Assembly (NCBI GenBank): GCA_028023455.1
Contig: JAQFVV010000006.1
Span: 17,794,001 to 17,858,000, forward strand
Source: Epiperipatus broadwayi
Taxonomy: Eukaryota > Animalia > Onychophora
Length of the DNA stretch: 64,000 nucleotides
Direction of reading: 5' to 3'
Shown one piece after another: positions 27,621 to 40,429 of the stretch. The position numbers and the translations under genes were made by a program. Under the pieces are notes generated by a model. The model searched no databases. It saw nothing but the letters and a program-made list of their open reading frames with translations, and was not told where the DNA came from. Position 1 is the first letter of the stretch. Every line of letters starts with the position of its first letter.

Positions 27621-27689
27621 ATTTATAGTATGGAAGCATAAGACTTAGATAGCAAAATACAAGTTTCAAATATCTTGTAAATCAACATC

Positions 27690-29660
27690 TTTTAATAAGA
27701 TTTTCCAAAGATGTCTTAAGAAAAAATTAACTTTAAATATTCCAATTACGTCAACTGTTGGTAATAGCACACAGGTTAGTATATGCACAGCATTTCAAGA
27801 AGAATTGTTTTTTCTTCTTCAGGTTTTGCTGGCCTGACCAGTGACAGTAATAGCTTGAAAATCAAACCTGGACCTTTGGATTCTTGAATATTGAATTTTA
27901 ATGTAATGCCCTAAACATCTGAATCATCCTTCCAAAGGCAACTGTCAGTAAAAATTTCATATTCTTATTGTTGAGGTTTCTCTTGATTTCTACACTTTTT
28001 CTTATGCAAAGTTGATTAATGGTTTCCATACATTACATATAGTCACAAGTTTGATCTGTGGGGTTATTCACCATTGTCATGTGAGTAGCTTTTTTTTAGT
28101 TTTCTTCTTTGTACCTTTCCTGTATTCAATATTTTGTATTTTCCCAATTGAACATATGTACATTGATACATTACAGGCTCTGCTCCCGTAGGCATATCTT
28201 TCTCTTTTAATCATTAGTTTGTGTTCTTGCAATCACTTTTCAGTGGGGAAACTGGTTCACCAATATACCTTTTTCATGTTCACATGTCATTTCATAGATG
28301 CAGTTTTTGCTTTTTAGCATTTCTGGTTTAAGTTTTGTAGATGTTAGAATTCCTTGTAGAGTGGTATGGCTCTGGAAAACTTCTGATGTTATATGATTTC
28401 AGATTTATTTATCTGCTGTTTTGATATGTATGGGTGCACTATAGTACCAATAATTGGTTTTTTCTTTTGATATTTTTTTTGTTGCCTATTTAAGATTTTC
28501 TTAATAATGGCTGATGGATAAGCATTTTTTATAAGAGTTTGTTCTATATAGATCTTTTCTTTTTTCAAATCACTGGTTTTTGAACAAACCTCTTTTTCTC
28601 TGTTCCATTGGGATAGTATAACTCCATGTTTTGTGTTTTCAGTGCGATTGGATGTATATGCTACATATTTTCCTGTATGTGTGGGTTTTCTGTAAACTAG
28701 TTTTGATTTTGCTATGAGGAGTTTTGTCATGAGAACATCTAAGAATGACATTTTTTTGTTCTTTCTCTGATACTATTACTATGGAACAGAGCAAAAGAAG
28801 TTTGTTCACAAACCAGTGGTTTGAAAAAAGATCTATATAGAACAAACCCTTATGAAACCCTTAAATAGACAACAAAAAGAACCATCAAAAGAAAAAAACA
28901 ATTATTGGTACTATAGTGTACCCATAGCAAAATAGCATACAAATTAATAAAAATCTGCAATCTGTATAATATCAGAACAACTTCCAGGGCCTTGTTACAT
29001 GAGGAATTCTAGCATCTATGAAATACCATGTGAATATAGAAGAATGCATATTGGTAAGACCAGTCATCACATTGAAAAGCAATTGCAAGAGCCACAAACC
29101 GATGGTTAGAAGAGAAAACAGATGTATCTAAGATAGCCGAACATGATGTACCAATGAACATATGCTCAATTGGAAAAATATAAAAATATTAAATAGAGTG
29201 GGAAAGGTAGAAAGAAGAACACTCAAAGAATCTGCTCACATAAAAATGGTGAATAATCCTGTAAGTCAACTCTCTGTGACTATACGTAGTGTACATTAAC
29301 CACTAATTAACTTTGCTCTTAGGAAAAAGTGGAGAAATCAGAAGAAACCTCATGAATATATATATGAAATTTCTATTGATTGTTACCTTTGGCAAGATGG
29401 CTCAGTTGCTTAGAGCATTACCTTAAAATTCAAGAATCTAAGGGTCTAGGTTCAATTCCCAAGCTAATACTGTCATGGGTCAGGCCAACAATACCTGAAA
29501 AAGTGAAGAGAATATCTCTTGAAACATTGTGCATATACTAACCTATGTCCTGTTACTAACAGTGGAATGTAAATTTAAATAAAGTTAAATTATTTTAAAG
29601 ACATTCAATACTTTATACTAAATGGTAATTCAATATATAAATACAACTAAAATACCATCA
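27690..29660. mobile_element. ~2-kb fold-back of a Penelope/Poseidon-like 3' half whose 3' end is a family C unit
   Basis: ORF 28389-28751 (-) reads FLDVL...VYRKPTHT...NAYP. The + arm from about 28770 mirrors it. Both arms continue into the tRNA-like head and HHR-like motif (27785-27826 minus, 29491-29532 plus). Confidence 0.8.
29398..29459 (+). promoter_or_regulatory. tRNA-type internal Pol III promoter (A box and B box) of family C
   Basis: A box tggctcagttgct at 29398-29410 and B box ggttcaattcc at 29449-29459. Confidence 0.6.
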
Positions 29661-30088
29661 TAAACTTTTAGAAAAATAATATTAAAAAGATGTATAAATA
29701 CAGTTTTTAAATTTTATTTGCTTCATGATTTGAGAACATCTCTTGTATTACTATATAATGCTTATTTTTATTTGCTAAAATATACTTTCTTTTCTCTATT
29801 ATGTCCAACAGCTAACATGAAACTGGAGAGAAAATCTGATTTGGGTTAAATTTGACCAAACAGAAAGACAGAACAAATCTCTGGCATAAAACAAGCAGTT
29901 CTTATATTTTAATTTATTAAATTATTAGTTACGTAATCTAAATCTGTAGTTTTAAAAAAATACAATCCACAATTTTGTTATGATAAAAACATCAAATTGT
30001 CCATTACAAAATAACTCCATCTCTGATAAATTAATGTTAGGAATATAAATCATTAAATTAAATATCCAATCACTTTGTATTTGAAATA

Positions 30089-30978
30089 CCCCTGGGTCTT
30101 GTTTTATGCGGTAGATAGGTTCCTCAAAAAACGCGCACAAAAGAAATCACACAAAAATAAATGTAACTTACCTTGAAAAATGGGGGATATGTTCCAGTAA
30201 TTTTCAGAAGTTGCATAAAAGCAAAGCAACAAGGAAAAATTACTTTAAAATTCACATTTAAAAAATAAGGAAATAAAATATGACTAATAAAAAATTTCAA
30301 ATATTTGAAAAAAATTAATACAAAACAAAGTTTTTATTTTTTTTTATTTTACATTTTTTCATATATATTTTAATCATTACCGCTGTTTGATAATATGCAT
30401 TCATTTGTGAACTAGTAAGAAATCAGATTTGTGATGTGATATACAACTAACGCCACTTTCAGTCTTGAGCTGTGTTAATGGTTTTCTGTTTCTATATTTA
30501 AAAAATGAGATCGCAATCAAAACAAAAAAATTATACATTATCAATAGAAATATTATTTTCAGTTTATAAAATCAATAAAATCTTTGTTATTATTTATTTT
30601 AAAAATCTAAAAAAATATTTATTTCTGTTAATATCTAACAAAATACGTTTTAAAAGTTTCAATTTTTTGAATATTTATTGCGATATTTTTATATGTGAAT
30701 ATAAATCTATTATTATTATTTAGTCATTAGTATAAGTAGGTTATTTATGTAGAAGCTAAGATTCTAAATACATCTTCAGGCCATATTCATGTTAGCTCCT
30801 AATATAACATTATATTTTTGAAAAAAAAAAAGTATTTCAAGTCAAAATAAGTTATTAATAATTTAAATTTCTTGATATCTAATAAATATAGTGAAATATG
30901 AAAGATATTAAGAAGAAACATAAATCGCATAACTTCAAAATCACATTAAAATAATCCGCATAAAATGAGACCAAGGTG
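30089..30978. mobile_element. Non-autonomous TIR element (Tc1/mariner-pogo-like MITE), copy 1, TA TSD
   Basis: ta|cccctgggtcttgttttatgcgg ... ccgcataaaatgagaccaaggtg|ta. Inverted homolog at 40430-41413. Confidence 0.8.
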
Positions 30979-31628
30979 TATAGCAGAAAGTGCAAAACCT
31001 GCCTCCATGATAAGTTTTGATTGAATTAATCACTTCAGATGACCAAGGTATATAATGCAACCCATATATTCTTGGGCATCTGCTCTATTATATTGAAATA
31101 AATTTAAATCCATTAAATTAATAATCTCATTAATAATTCATGTTATAAACATGAATTAATTAAACTTCATAATTTTTGACGTAACTATAAATTAATTTTT
31201 AAAAATCTATATCAATATTTTCTATGCACCAATTTTTTATCTCATGCATGAATTCTGAACTTTTTTAAATGCATACAGACATACCTATTAACTTCAAATT
31301 TCTCTAACCATTTTTTATTTAAAACATGAGAATGTAAAATTTGTTTCCATAATGTGCTTTTGCTCAGTTCGTCACTTCATTGGCCCAATCATGTATTGAA
31401 TCTTAAATAGTCTTTTATTTTGATCTTTGCATCTAAATAAATTAATCACTATTTAATTATGTGACATTCTTTTAAATGATAAATATTATATAGTTTAAAT
31501 GTTAACCTACCTGTTACACCTAAATTGATTAGTTCAATCGAAACGTATTGAGCGCAGGTTTACAATTTCTAATGTTTTTGGAAAAGATTGCACTCAAGTA
31601 GCAGGTAGTTAGAGATATAATTTACTCT

Positions 31629-32110
31629 TAATAATTAATTGTAATTATTAATTAGAGAAAATATAACTTACTATTAAAAATTTTTCGGCTGAACGTTTTC
31701 GAGGAACCATGCCTCATACTCATAGCCTTCATGAAAAGTGTAATAAATATATGCAAATGTAAATATTCAAATAAGCTACTGTTATGTAGCCCATTTTTTC
31801 GAGAACAACTTCATACCTGCCGACCCCATTATTTTATGTTCAGAGCCAAATGATTACAGGAGAAAAATAAAGGAGGCATTCTATATTAATAGAGACATCC
31901 GTGCCATTAACAGAAAGGACACATGCTTCGAGATCTCGAAAAAATGGGCTACATAACAGTAGCTTATTTGAATATTTACATTTGCATATATTTATTACAC
32001 TTTTCATGAAGGCTATGAGTATGAGGCATGGTTCCTCGAAAACGTTCAGCCAATAAATTTTTAATAGTAAGTTATATTTTCTCTAATTAATAATTACAAT
32101 TAAGTATTAT
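31629..32110. mobile_element. Near-perfect fold-back of a Penelope-like 3' end (P1), ~170-bp arms
   Basis: Central + strand reads RRKIKEAFYINRDIRAINRKDTCFEISKKWAT*. The arms are almost exact reverse complements. Confidence 0.9.
32011..32051 (+). ncRNA. Minimal type I hammerhead motif, A3-U8 core variant (mirror copy 31687-31727 minus)
   Basis: ggct|atgagtat|gagg-catggtt-cctc|gaaa|acgtt-c|agcc. Stem I ggct/agcc, palindromic stem III aacgtt, UUC triplet. Confidence 0.7.
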
Positions 32111-32399
32111 TTGTTTTTACATATAAGGAGAAATTAAAACCATATTTCTTAATAATTGTAAGTGCATGAGTTTATTTTCATGAATGAAATAAGAAAATGG
32201 TGTGAGCGAAATATTGGTGTATTTAGTCTTTTAAAAATTTATTTATTTATTTTTTTATTTATTAAAAGATTACTTTTATTATTCTAAGGTTTTAAATTTT
32301 ACTTAGTGGTTATAAATGTTTACAATGTAAGATCTGATATCTATATTATTAGTTCCTATATCTATATCTTCAGCCAATTCGAGATGAGATTACAAAACC

Positions 32400-33990
32400 G
32401 GTTAACTTGCGTCTGGTAATTCAAATAATTTCCCCATTTTTCCCTCTTTCAAGCATAGGCTCTTCCCATGTTATATTCTTTACATGTTGGGATGAGTTCC
32501 CCAAAACAGGGGGGGGTAGGTTTATTTGCTCCAAATCTTTGACAACATCTTTTCCTTGTATTTGGTGATCTTGGTTATTGTTAATTGTGGTCAGCTTTTT
32601 GCATTTTCCTCATGCTGTTGTCTTTTTTTTCTTTCATCTTCCCTTCATCTGAGATTTTGGAATTAGATGAACCAAGGTGATCATCTTCTTGACTTTTATT
32701 CAAGGCCCAGCCATTTTGTTTCCCCAGATCGGTTTTGACTTTTTTTTAGGCTTCCTTTTGATAGATTTCGTTATTGTGATGCTCAAGCCTTGCAGATTGG
32801 CCATGGGCTCCTTCATTTCTACCACTCTATCTTTTGTATTTTGTTCTATAGTTTGACCCTTTTGCATTTCTTCTCTAATTTTTAATTCCATTTTTCTGTT
32901 AATTAACCCCTCATTCGTTTCTTTTTTCACTCTTTTTACTTCTATCAGTCCAACCAAGCTGTCGGGTTTTCATTTCCTGAGTATTACATTGATGAAACAC
33001 TCCTTCTCCCTTTACATTGATTGCAAATCCTGGCCAGACAATCTCTGACCAGGTGCATTCTTTTCATACAAAAAAAAAACAAACACTGGTGGTACTCCAC
33101 GAAATGAAGTCACCAATGGTGAGCTATCTGATGCATATATCATGGGAATGTTCAGCAGGGGTGTATCTTTCTTTAGTGCAAAATTAAACACTGTGTTTGT
33201 AAGTACCTGAATGTCTGATCTTTTTTCCTGGAGCTAACTGAAGTGCAAAACATTGGAAAAATTGTTTAGTATCCTTTGTAGATCGCTTTCTTTAAAGTTA
33301 ATATAGCAGTTTTTTTACTATTCCTGCCAAAATCACTGGTCTGTTCAAGTTTATTTTGCATAGAATTTTTTCATTTAACAATAGTATACTTTTTTTAAAA
33401 ATCTCTTTTTGCATGCAGTTATGAAAATTCAATTATTAGGTATCTACTGTTTGGATGATTAAGAACCATATATGTCTTCCCCCATAGTTTCTTGGTCTTC
33501 AGCATCTCATAAATGTCTTCTATTTGGAACTTGATTTGTCACTGCTAAAATCAATGATTTTTCATTGTGATAATTTTGGAAGGATCTGTATAACTGAGCT
33601 GGGATCGATGCATTAAATTCATCATTTATCCTGTTAAAATTCTCCAGGTCAATAATCTTTTGTCCCATTTTATTATATTTATCCCTTTCTTCTTGTAAAA
33701 TCATGAGGTCCTCATCTTCTTCCTCCATTAAGTCAAATATATCATTGTAGGCTTCTTGTGTAATGTTATTTTTTTGCTATATCTCTATTTTCATTAGTCT
33801 TTAATACTTTTGCATAACTTAGGTTTTTGTAATAAAAGGTTTGTTCTTTTCTTGGTTACTAATTGTTGCTATTGGTTATGTTATTAGATTTCTTTATATT
33901 TTCCATTTCCAAGTTTTTTCCTTCATTTTTATGTTCTGTGGTCCATTTGGGGTTTATTTTAGTGTTTTCCTTTACTTCTAACATTTCAGG
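32400..33990 (-). mobile_element. Decayed non-LTR retrotransposon ORF1-like remnant (L1/Tx1-like) with CCHC knuckle
   Basis: Coiled-coil-like ORF 33507-33728, and CFFCMKRMHLVRDC (CX2CX4HX4C) on the minus strand near 33040-33085. Confidence 0.55.
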
Positions 33991-34030
33991 GCCTTCTGTA
34001 ATGTTTATGTTACTAACTTTGAATATATAA

Positions 34031-35531
34031 CACCGGGGAACAAAATTTTTGTTTCATCCAAAAAAACACTTGTTCTTACTTAATTCAAGTGTGCTGAGCT
34101 CAAATCTGACAGTTTTTCTCTGTAAGCTACAGTGTTTTTGCAATTCAAGATTTTAAGTTTTCATTGTAAAATTTTCAACATTTAGTTTAACATAATGAAG
34201 TAGAATGTCTTCTTGGGCATCATCTTTGTGAAAATGTAATAATTTATATAATGCAGTAAATGCACTAATACACTAAAAGATATGTTTGCATTACAATTTG
34301 TTTACAATTTTGAAATAGAACAAATTAAAAAACTTATTTTTATCATAAAATTTGTGCAAAACTTATTTAAATTCTATTCAGGTAAAAATTTGCATTTGTA
34401 GCTCTTGCGTTTGTGTACTTGTTGAGGACAATCTCATTTGATACTGCAGCAGTAGTATGTCATCATATTTCTGTTTATCATGACAGTAAACAAAGCATTT
34501 GTCTTCAGAGGAAAAGTCCACAAAAATTTGTTCACGCTTCCTCAAATGGGATACTTTAGCTGACCGGTGAAGTACATTCTTATCTTGAAGCCTGGAGGCA
34601 AACAACTCAGCTGCTTTCTTTGATAGGCCCAAATCTCTTACTAAGTCATTCAATTTGGGTTGGCTAAACTGCTGATGGGTTAATGACTGCTTGGCATCAG
34701 AAGAAGACCAGATTCTACAACCATTTTCTCATGCATCTTATCAAAATACACTTGATCACCATGTTCACTTTCGTTGTCCTTAAAAGAAATAAAACCATTG
34801 AAAACTGGAACTGGGAGTGACTCAGAGTGTGGTATAGGTTCCATTGCTGAAGGAATATCAGGATATGCGATTATATGTCTTTTTTTCTTGCCGATGCCCT
34901 TTGTATGGATCAGACAGAAATGACAATCACTGCTGTGATCCTTAGATTCATGCCAACCTATGGGAATACCAAAAGGCATTCCTTTGCATTTTCCTTTTGT
35001 CCAGTCATGAAGCATTTCCTCACAATTATGACACACAATATGAGGAGGAGACCAATTCTTGTCTTGATCACCAAGCAGAACTTGAAAATAGGCAATATAT
35101 GCACACATAACAAATGATGAAATATTATGCCTTTGACATTGAAGTGTGTAACAGCCACATATATAACAGAAAGTATCAGAGCTATTCTTACATTTATGCC
35201 TACTCGAAGAAGCCATGATTTAATCTAAAAACAAAATAAGAGGGTGTTTTTATCAGATAATTTTTTACATTTAAAAACAACTACAATTATGTAAAAGTGA
35301 TGTTTGTAAAACATTAATTGCCTTGTGGTTATGTTCAATCTGAGAGTCGTTGCTTTTTAACTCCAATTTGAAAACCAATGCATGCCATTAACTGTAACAA
35401 AAAGAAATTAAAATTGCATAAAAACTAGAGCATGCACCAAAAAACGGATTTCAGATTTGGAATCAGCAATGTAGAAATATATAGAAAATGTTCAAAAACC
35501 TCATGCAACAGAGTATCTTCAATTTCAAGTG
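34031..35531 (-). mobile_element. Internally deleted Chapaev3-type (CMC superfamily) DNA transposon with TAA TSD
   Basis: ORFs FCYICG...LGDQDKNW..PHIVC..C...DCHFC (34680-35216) and NDLVRDLGLSKKAAELFASRL (34378-34653). Ends taa|CAC...GTG|taa. Subterminal inverted motif gctgagctcaaatctga / tcagatttggaatcagc. Confidence 0.7.
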
Positions 35532-35585
35532 TAACTTTCACCTTTTCTCACTGTAAACTCACTTTAATTTACTATTAGTAGGGAG

Positions 35586-35845
35586 TTAAACCACTAAACA
35601 TCACATGATCACCATCTTTTATACTATCACATAATTGTTGTAAACAAAGGCAAAACTCTCCATACAGTAGTGCCACCCTGTGCCAACCAGAGTAATCAAT
35701 GAATGCCAGAAGGCTTGTGCATAAAATCCCTATCCAGTGCCTACTCGTCCAATATCCCCAGACTAGTTTCGGGCTTGTGGCCATAGCATCCATTGATTAA
35801 TCTGGTTGGCACAGGGTGGCACTACTGTATGGAGAGTTTTGCCTT
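35586..35845. mobile_element. Family A fold-back A4 with perfect 13-bp TSD
   Basis: tattagtagggag at 35573-35585 and 35846-35858. The minus arm reaches into the HHR (ggccacaagcccgaaactagtctgggga on the minus strand) and then inverts. Confidence 0.85.
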
Positions 35846-37059
35846 TATTAGTAGGGAGACAAGTGCTAGCAGTGTTTTCTCAGTCGGCACAATCTAGTCT
35901 AAACTACTATTTTAAGTTTTTCATCAAAATTTAGGAAATATAATATTTCATGTTGTGATTGCTGAAGTTTACATTGTTAATTACATTAATATTCATCAAT
36001 TGAAGGAATTAGATTCATGATTTAATAGATGTAAAAAAAATCAGTGTTGTCAGATGCAAACAAATTCAAATAATGTTTAAGTTTAATAATTAATTAGAAA
36101 CTACTTACCAATTTCTATTGAGAATCCAACACTGCTCTTTAGTTAGAATCTGCCAATGTTTATAAAATGTAGTAAATACAATAATCAAATGGTTATCCAC
36201 TCTGGAGGAAATGTGATGCTCAAACATGGCAGAATGAACTTTCATTCAAGTGTCTTTAACTACAAATTCCTACTGTATCAAAACATATAGATTAGAAGTA
36301 AATTGTCTTGTGATTCCATTGGAAGAAAGACAATTGTTTATTAGGATTTTTTTTAATAATCATAAATTTAAAATCTTAAACTTCTGGAGTGTTAAGATTT
36401 TCTTTTTCATTATTCTGAAATATTCTACTGTTAGTACTGAGGTTGTGGATTTAACACTTCTAAAACTATTCAAATTCACTAATAAATTGTCGATTCTAAT
36501 GACAAGATCCATTGTTCTTGACATTAGAACCGACATCTTATCAAATTATAATTATTATTTCAAATGATGTATACAGTTTAAATACTTATGCAACAAAGTA
36601 CACTTTGTCTGTAATGTTATGAATATGGAATATTAAATTTCATGTATTTGATATATAACGTGAAATTAATTTTAAAGATTAAATATATCTGCATTTTATT
36701 AAGTAATTCTTCACAAACCAGAACTTTGAACTTCTTTTTAAATATATGGGTTTAAATAATTTTTATTATTTCATTTAAATGTTTATCTTTGACTAAACAT
36801 CAATCTTTTCCAAAGATCTCAATGATATAACACTGTCCACATGATATGTTTTACAGACTGAATTAGTCACTTCAAGTATCCCAGATATTAATCAGATCTC
36901 AAATATTGCCAAGATGTCTGAATTGTAATAAATGATTCAGTCAAAATGCATTGTGTGAGCAGTGTTAAGGATATTTAAGATGTGATAGTATATATTTGGA
37001 CCTCCTTGTAAGGGCAGTATTACATATTTAGATGTCTTTGAAAAAGATTGCTCTTTAAT

Positions 37060-37555
37060 GAAAGAAAACCTAGATTTAATTTAATGATATTAATGGCAAA
37101 GGAGGCATTTATTAAGAGAAAAAATATTTTATGGATCTTTGAAGAGAGGGTTAAGAAAAGTATTAGTTAAATGCTATGTGTGGAGAGTACTAATGTATGG
37201 TTGTGAAAGATGGACAATGAGTAATAAAATTAGGAACAGACTAGAAGGCTTTGATATATGGACATGGAGAAGAATGGAAAAAAATCAGTTGGATAAATAA
37301 ATAACAAATAAAAAAGTTTTGAAAAGAGTAAATGAAAAAAGGAGATTGATTGAAAAAATCAGAAAGAGAACGTGGATTGGACATATGTTAAGAAGAAATT
37401 ACACTTTAATGAAAAATGTTTTGGAGGGAATGGCGAGTGGAAGCAAGAAGAAAGAACTGAAGAGATTGACATTGTTGGATGATATAAGAGATGGAAAGAG
37501 TTATGTGGAATTGGAAAGCTGGGCAATGTGGAGAATGGAATGAAAAAAATGGATG
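37060..37555 (+). mobile_element. RTE-clade LINE 3' remnant
   Basis: MAKEAF...VKCYVWRVLMYGCERWT...WTWRRME...WIGHMLRR. Confidence 0.8.
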
Positions 37556-37849
37556 TATTCATGCTATGGCTACTCTCTGGACCTGTCTTTTATAACAGAA
37601 TACTGTTGATGATTAGTGAAATTAACGTTGAGGGAGAGACATTGGATGAACTACAGAGAAATGCATCCAAGAGATTAATTGGTTACATTTGTCCATCATT
37701 AGTCGTAGTTTTTTAACTTTTTATATCTTTAAGGTAGATCAGAAGAAACTAGGAAGGTTGTTCTATTTTCACTTCTAAACACTATTGTAAATATAAACAC
37801 TATCCCTTATCATTCAATGAAGTATGAAGAGATTTATGTCGGACGTAAC

Positions 37850-38075
37850 AAGAAGAATCCAAAGTGTGAAAGTAAACAACTGAAATGAAACTAGGCTGGA
37901 GATATTGCTAGTAAAAATAATAGATTAACAGAACAAGTCTTAAAATGGATTCTAAGCGATTGCAAAAGTCTCAGAAAAAGACCACTTGGGAGATGGATGG
38001 TGAATTAAAGTCGTTGTGTGATATGAGAGTGATCAGGAAAGGTGGATTAAATTTGGAGAGACTTTTGAAAATGAT
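37850..38075 (+). mobile_element. RTE-clade LINE 3' fragment (related to 45050-45325)
   Basis: LK*N*AGDIA...VLKWILSDCKSLRKRPLGRW. Confidence 0.55.
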
Positions 38076-39683
38076 TCTACTCATCATCAAACGATTTTTT
38101 CATTACGAAATACATTATATTTAAAAATAATTAAAAATGATAAGCAAAATATTGCTAATTACGTATTCAGCGAGATGCCTTACAGAGGGAATTTGATTCT
38201 ATTCAGCAAGTATTTTTTTGTAGATAAGATTAATATGATTTGTTAACGACCTGCTGTATAAAACTCCAACTTTCATTCAAGTGATTCATCGGATTATCGT
38301 CTTATTAATAAATGAGTTTGTCAAGCCACTGATCAAGGTTAGTCATTTGACAATGAAAGCCGTAATCAATAACTTGATATCAGTCAAACGGATGAGCGAA
38401 CGCATCAGCTGCGATGGAATTACCAATTAATGCTTGTATATATTTTGTAAATTAAAACAATTTCTTCTGATTAAAATTCTATGGCCTTAAAAGAATTCAC
38501 ATTTTCATGAAATAAAAAGACATCTTTAAAAAAAAAGAGAGAGATTTTAAAAATAATTTACCTCAATTAAAATTTTGCGAAAATGAGATTTTATAAATTA
38601 AATAAAATTGAGAAAGATTTTAACAGAATTAATAATTAAATATATCTGAACTGATTAATACTGATAAAATTTTATATCAACTAAGAATCCATTAAGCGTT
38701 TATCCTTAAGGGGATTATTAGTTAATGTTGATTAAAAACAAATTAAATTTTTTTTTTATTAATTAAAATAAAATCATTTCAATTTTAGATAAACAAACTT
38801 AAATGTAAACAGGTCATATATAATAAACAAAACGTACAGACTTATAAAAACATATGTACGTATGTTTGAAATACGACAGGTGAAGCGGATACATGGACAA
38901 GCCGAGGAGGGGCATTTGAAGGCTACTAAGTTGAATGTAGATGGTCATATGAGTAAAAGAATAGTATTTGATTACTACCATAGGGTGCTACGTTTCTTAA
39001 TCGTATTGATTCTGTGTGCAATAGAAGGCCTGTCGTAAAGTAAACCAAGACAAAGGTTCTCTGGTTTGTAGAAGTCTTTTACCTCTAAATCACTAAATTT
39101 AAAGATATTGCATGGTTTGGCATAAGAGTAGAATGGCAGACATTGAAAACCAAGACCTATGAGTTATGGCCCAATTCTGTCACTTCTGATATTCAAACTC
39201 CTGACAATAAATCATTCAATTAAATTAAATGTTCTCTAATAAATAAATAATGTAAACAAAAGGTCTAAATCTCCACTCCTAGGCGATGAATTAAAAGCGA
39301 TCTAAATGTTAAACAAAAGATGAAGAATATAATGAATCACCTATTGGGAGTTCTGATATTTATAAGCAAACCTTTGTCAACATTATTGGTATTATTAATG
39401 AAAGTAATTTATCGGCCAGATAGAATATGACACTTCAGAGTTATTAAACTCATAATCAATTATACAAGGTTGGAAATCGTATTATCAGAACTCCTAAGAA
39501 TAAGTGGATTCATTCTATTTTTGATTCTTTGTTTAACATTTTGAGTACATTTAATAAAGAAATAACTTATTATTTAACTCATTAAATATTAACGGCAATT
39601 TATTGATAAAATTTATTGTACTTATGTATTAGACCTGCTGTACATGCCTGTGATGACAGAGTGCCATATTAAAAAGTCACTAC

Positions 39684-39785
39684 TATGGCATTCTGCTGTT
39701 GCAGCCCCCCCCCTAGAGAAAAGTATGACATTCTTCCATTGCAGCCCCTCCCCTTAGAGAAAAGTACAGTATGCTGCTGTTGCAA
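39684..39785. repeat. About 2.5 copies of a ~40-bp imperfect tandem repeat
   Basis: Units resembling tatggcattctgctgttgcagccccccccctagagaaaag. Confidence 0.7.
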
Positions 39786-40429
39786 ACATGGGCAGCAGGT
39801 GTAATATGTAAGTACCAAATTTATTGTGCATTATCAATTACTTTTGTTTAGTATATATAATTTAAAAAATTATTAAGATATCCGTTCTGAATGTTATGTA
39901 GAGCAATTTTTGAAATTTTGCATAGGAACCTTAAAAATGTAGTTTTGTCATAGTCTATGTATATATTAGATCCCCTGGAGAAAGAGATAGCATTATGATA
40001 CTACGATTAAACATTGCCACTTGCAGTTTACAGCAGTGTTAAAGTCATCAACTTTTTGAATTAATTATAAGTTAAATAACATAAAAACAATTCACAGTTT
40101 AACCAATTGAATGGGACTCGTATTCAATCTCTACTTGGGCACTTACTTGTTACTATTTTTGAAAATTAACCAGACAACTGTTACCACTAAATGAAAACAT
40201 GTTATCATCATCAATCATATTGCCATGACTTCCCACTGTCATAGCATGTTTTAAGTTAGCATATCAATTTTTTTAAGTTGAGTCATAAAATTTATATTTA
40301 TGACAATTATAGATATAGATTAGGTGATAAATGGTAACGGTTATATTTATATGTTGTGAAAATATACAATTTTTTTAATTGATCATAAATTAGACAAGTC
40401 ATCAGGTAAGAAAACTGAAAAGAGATGTA

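Noticed and set aside
29390-29465. Genuine tRNA gene
   Set aside because: A and B boxes are present, but I could not build a full cloverleaf, and the head is embedded in a repeat unit.
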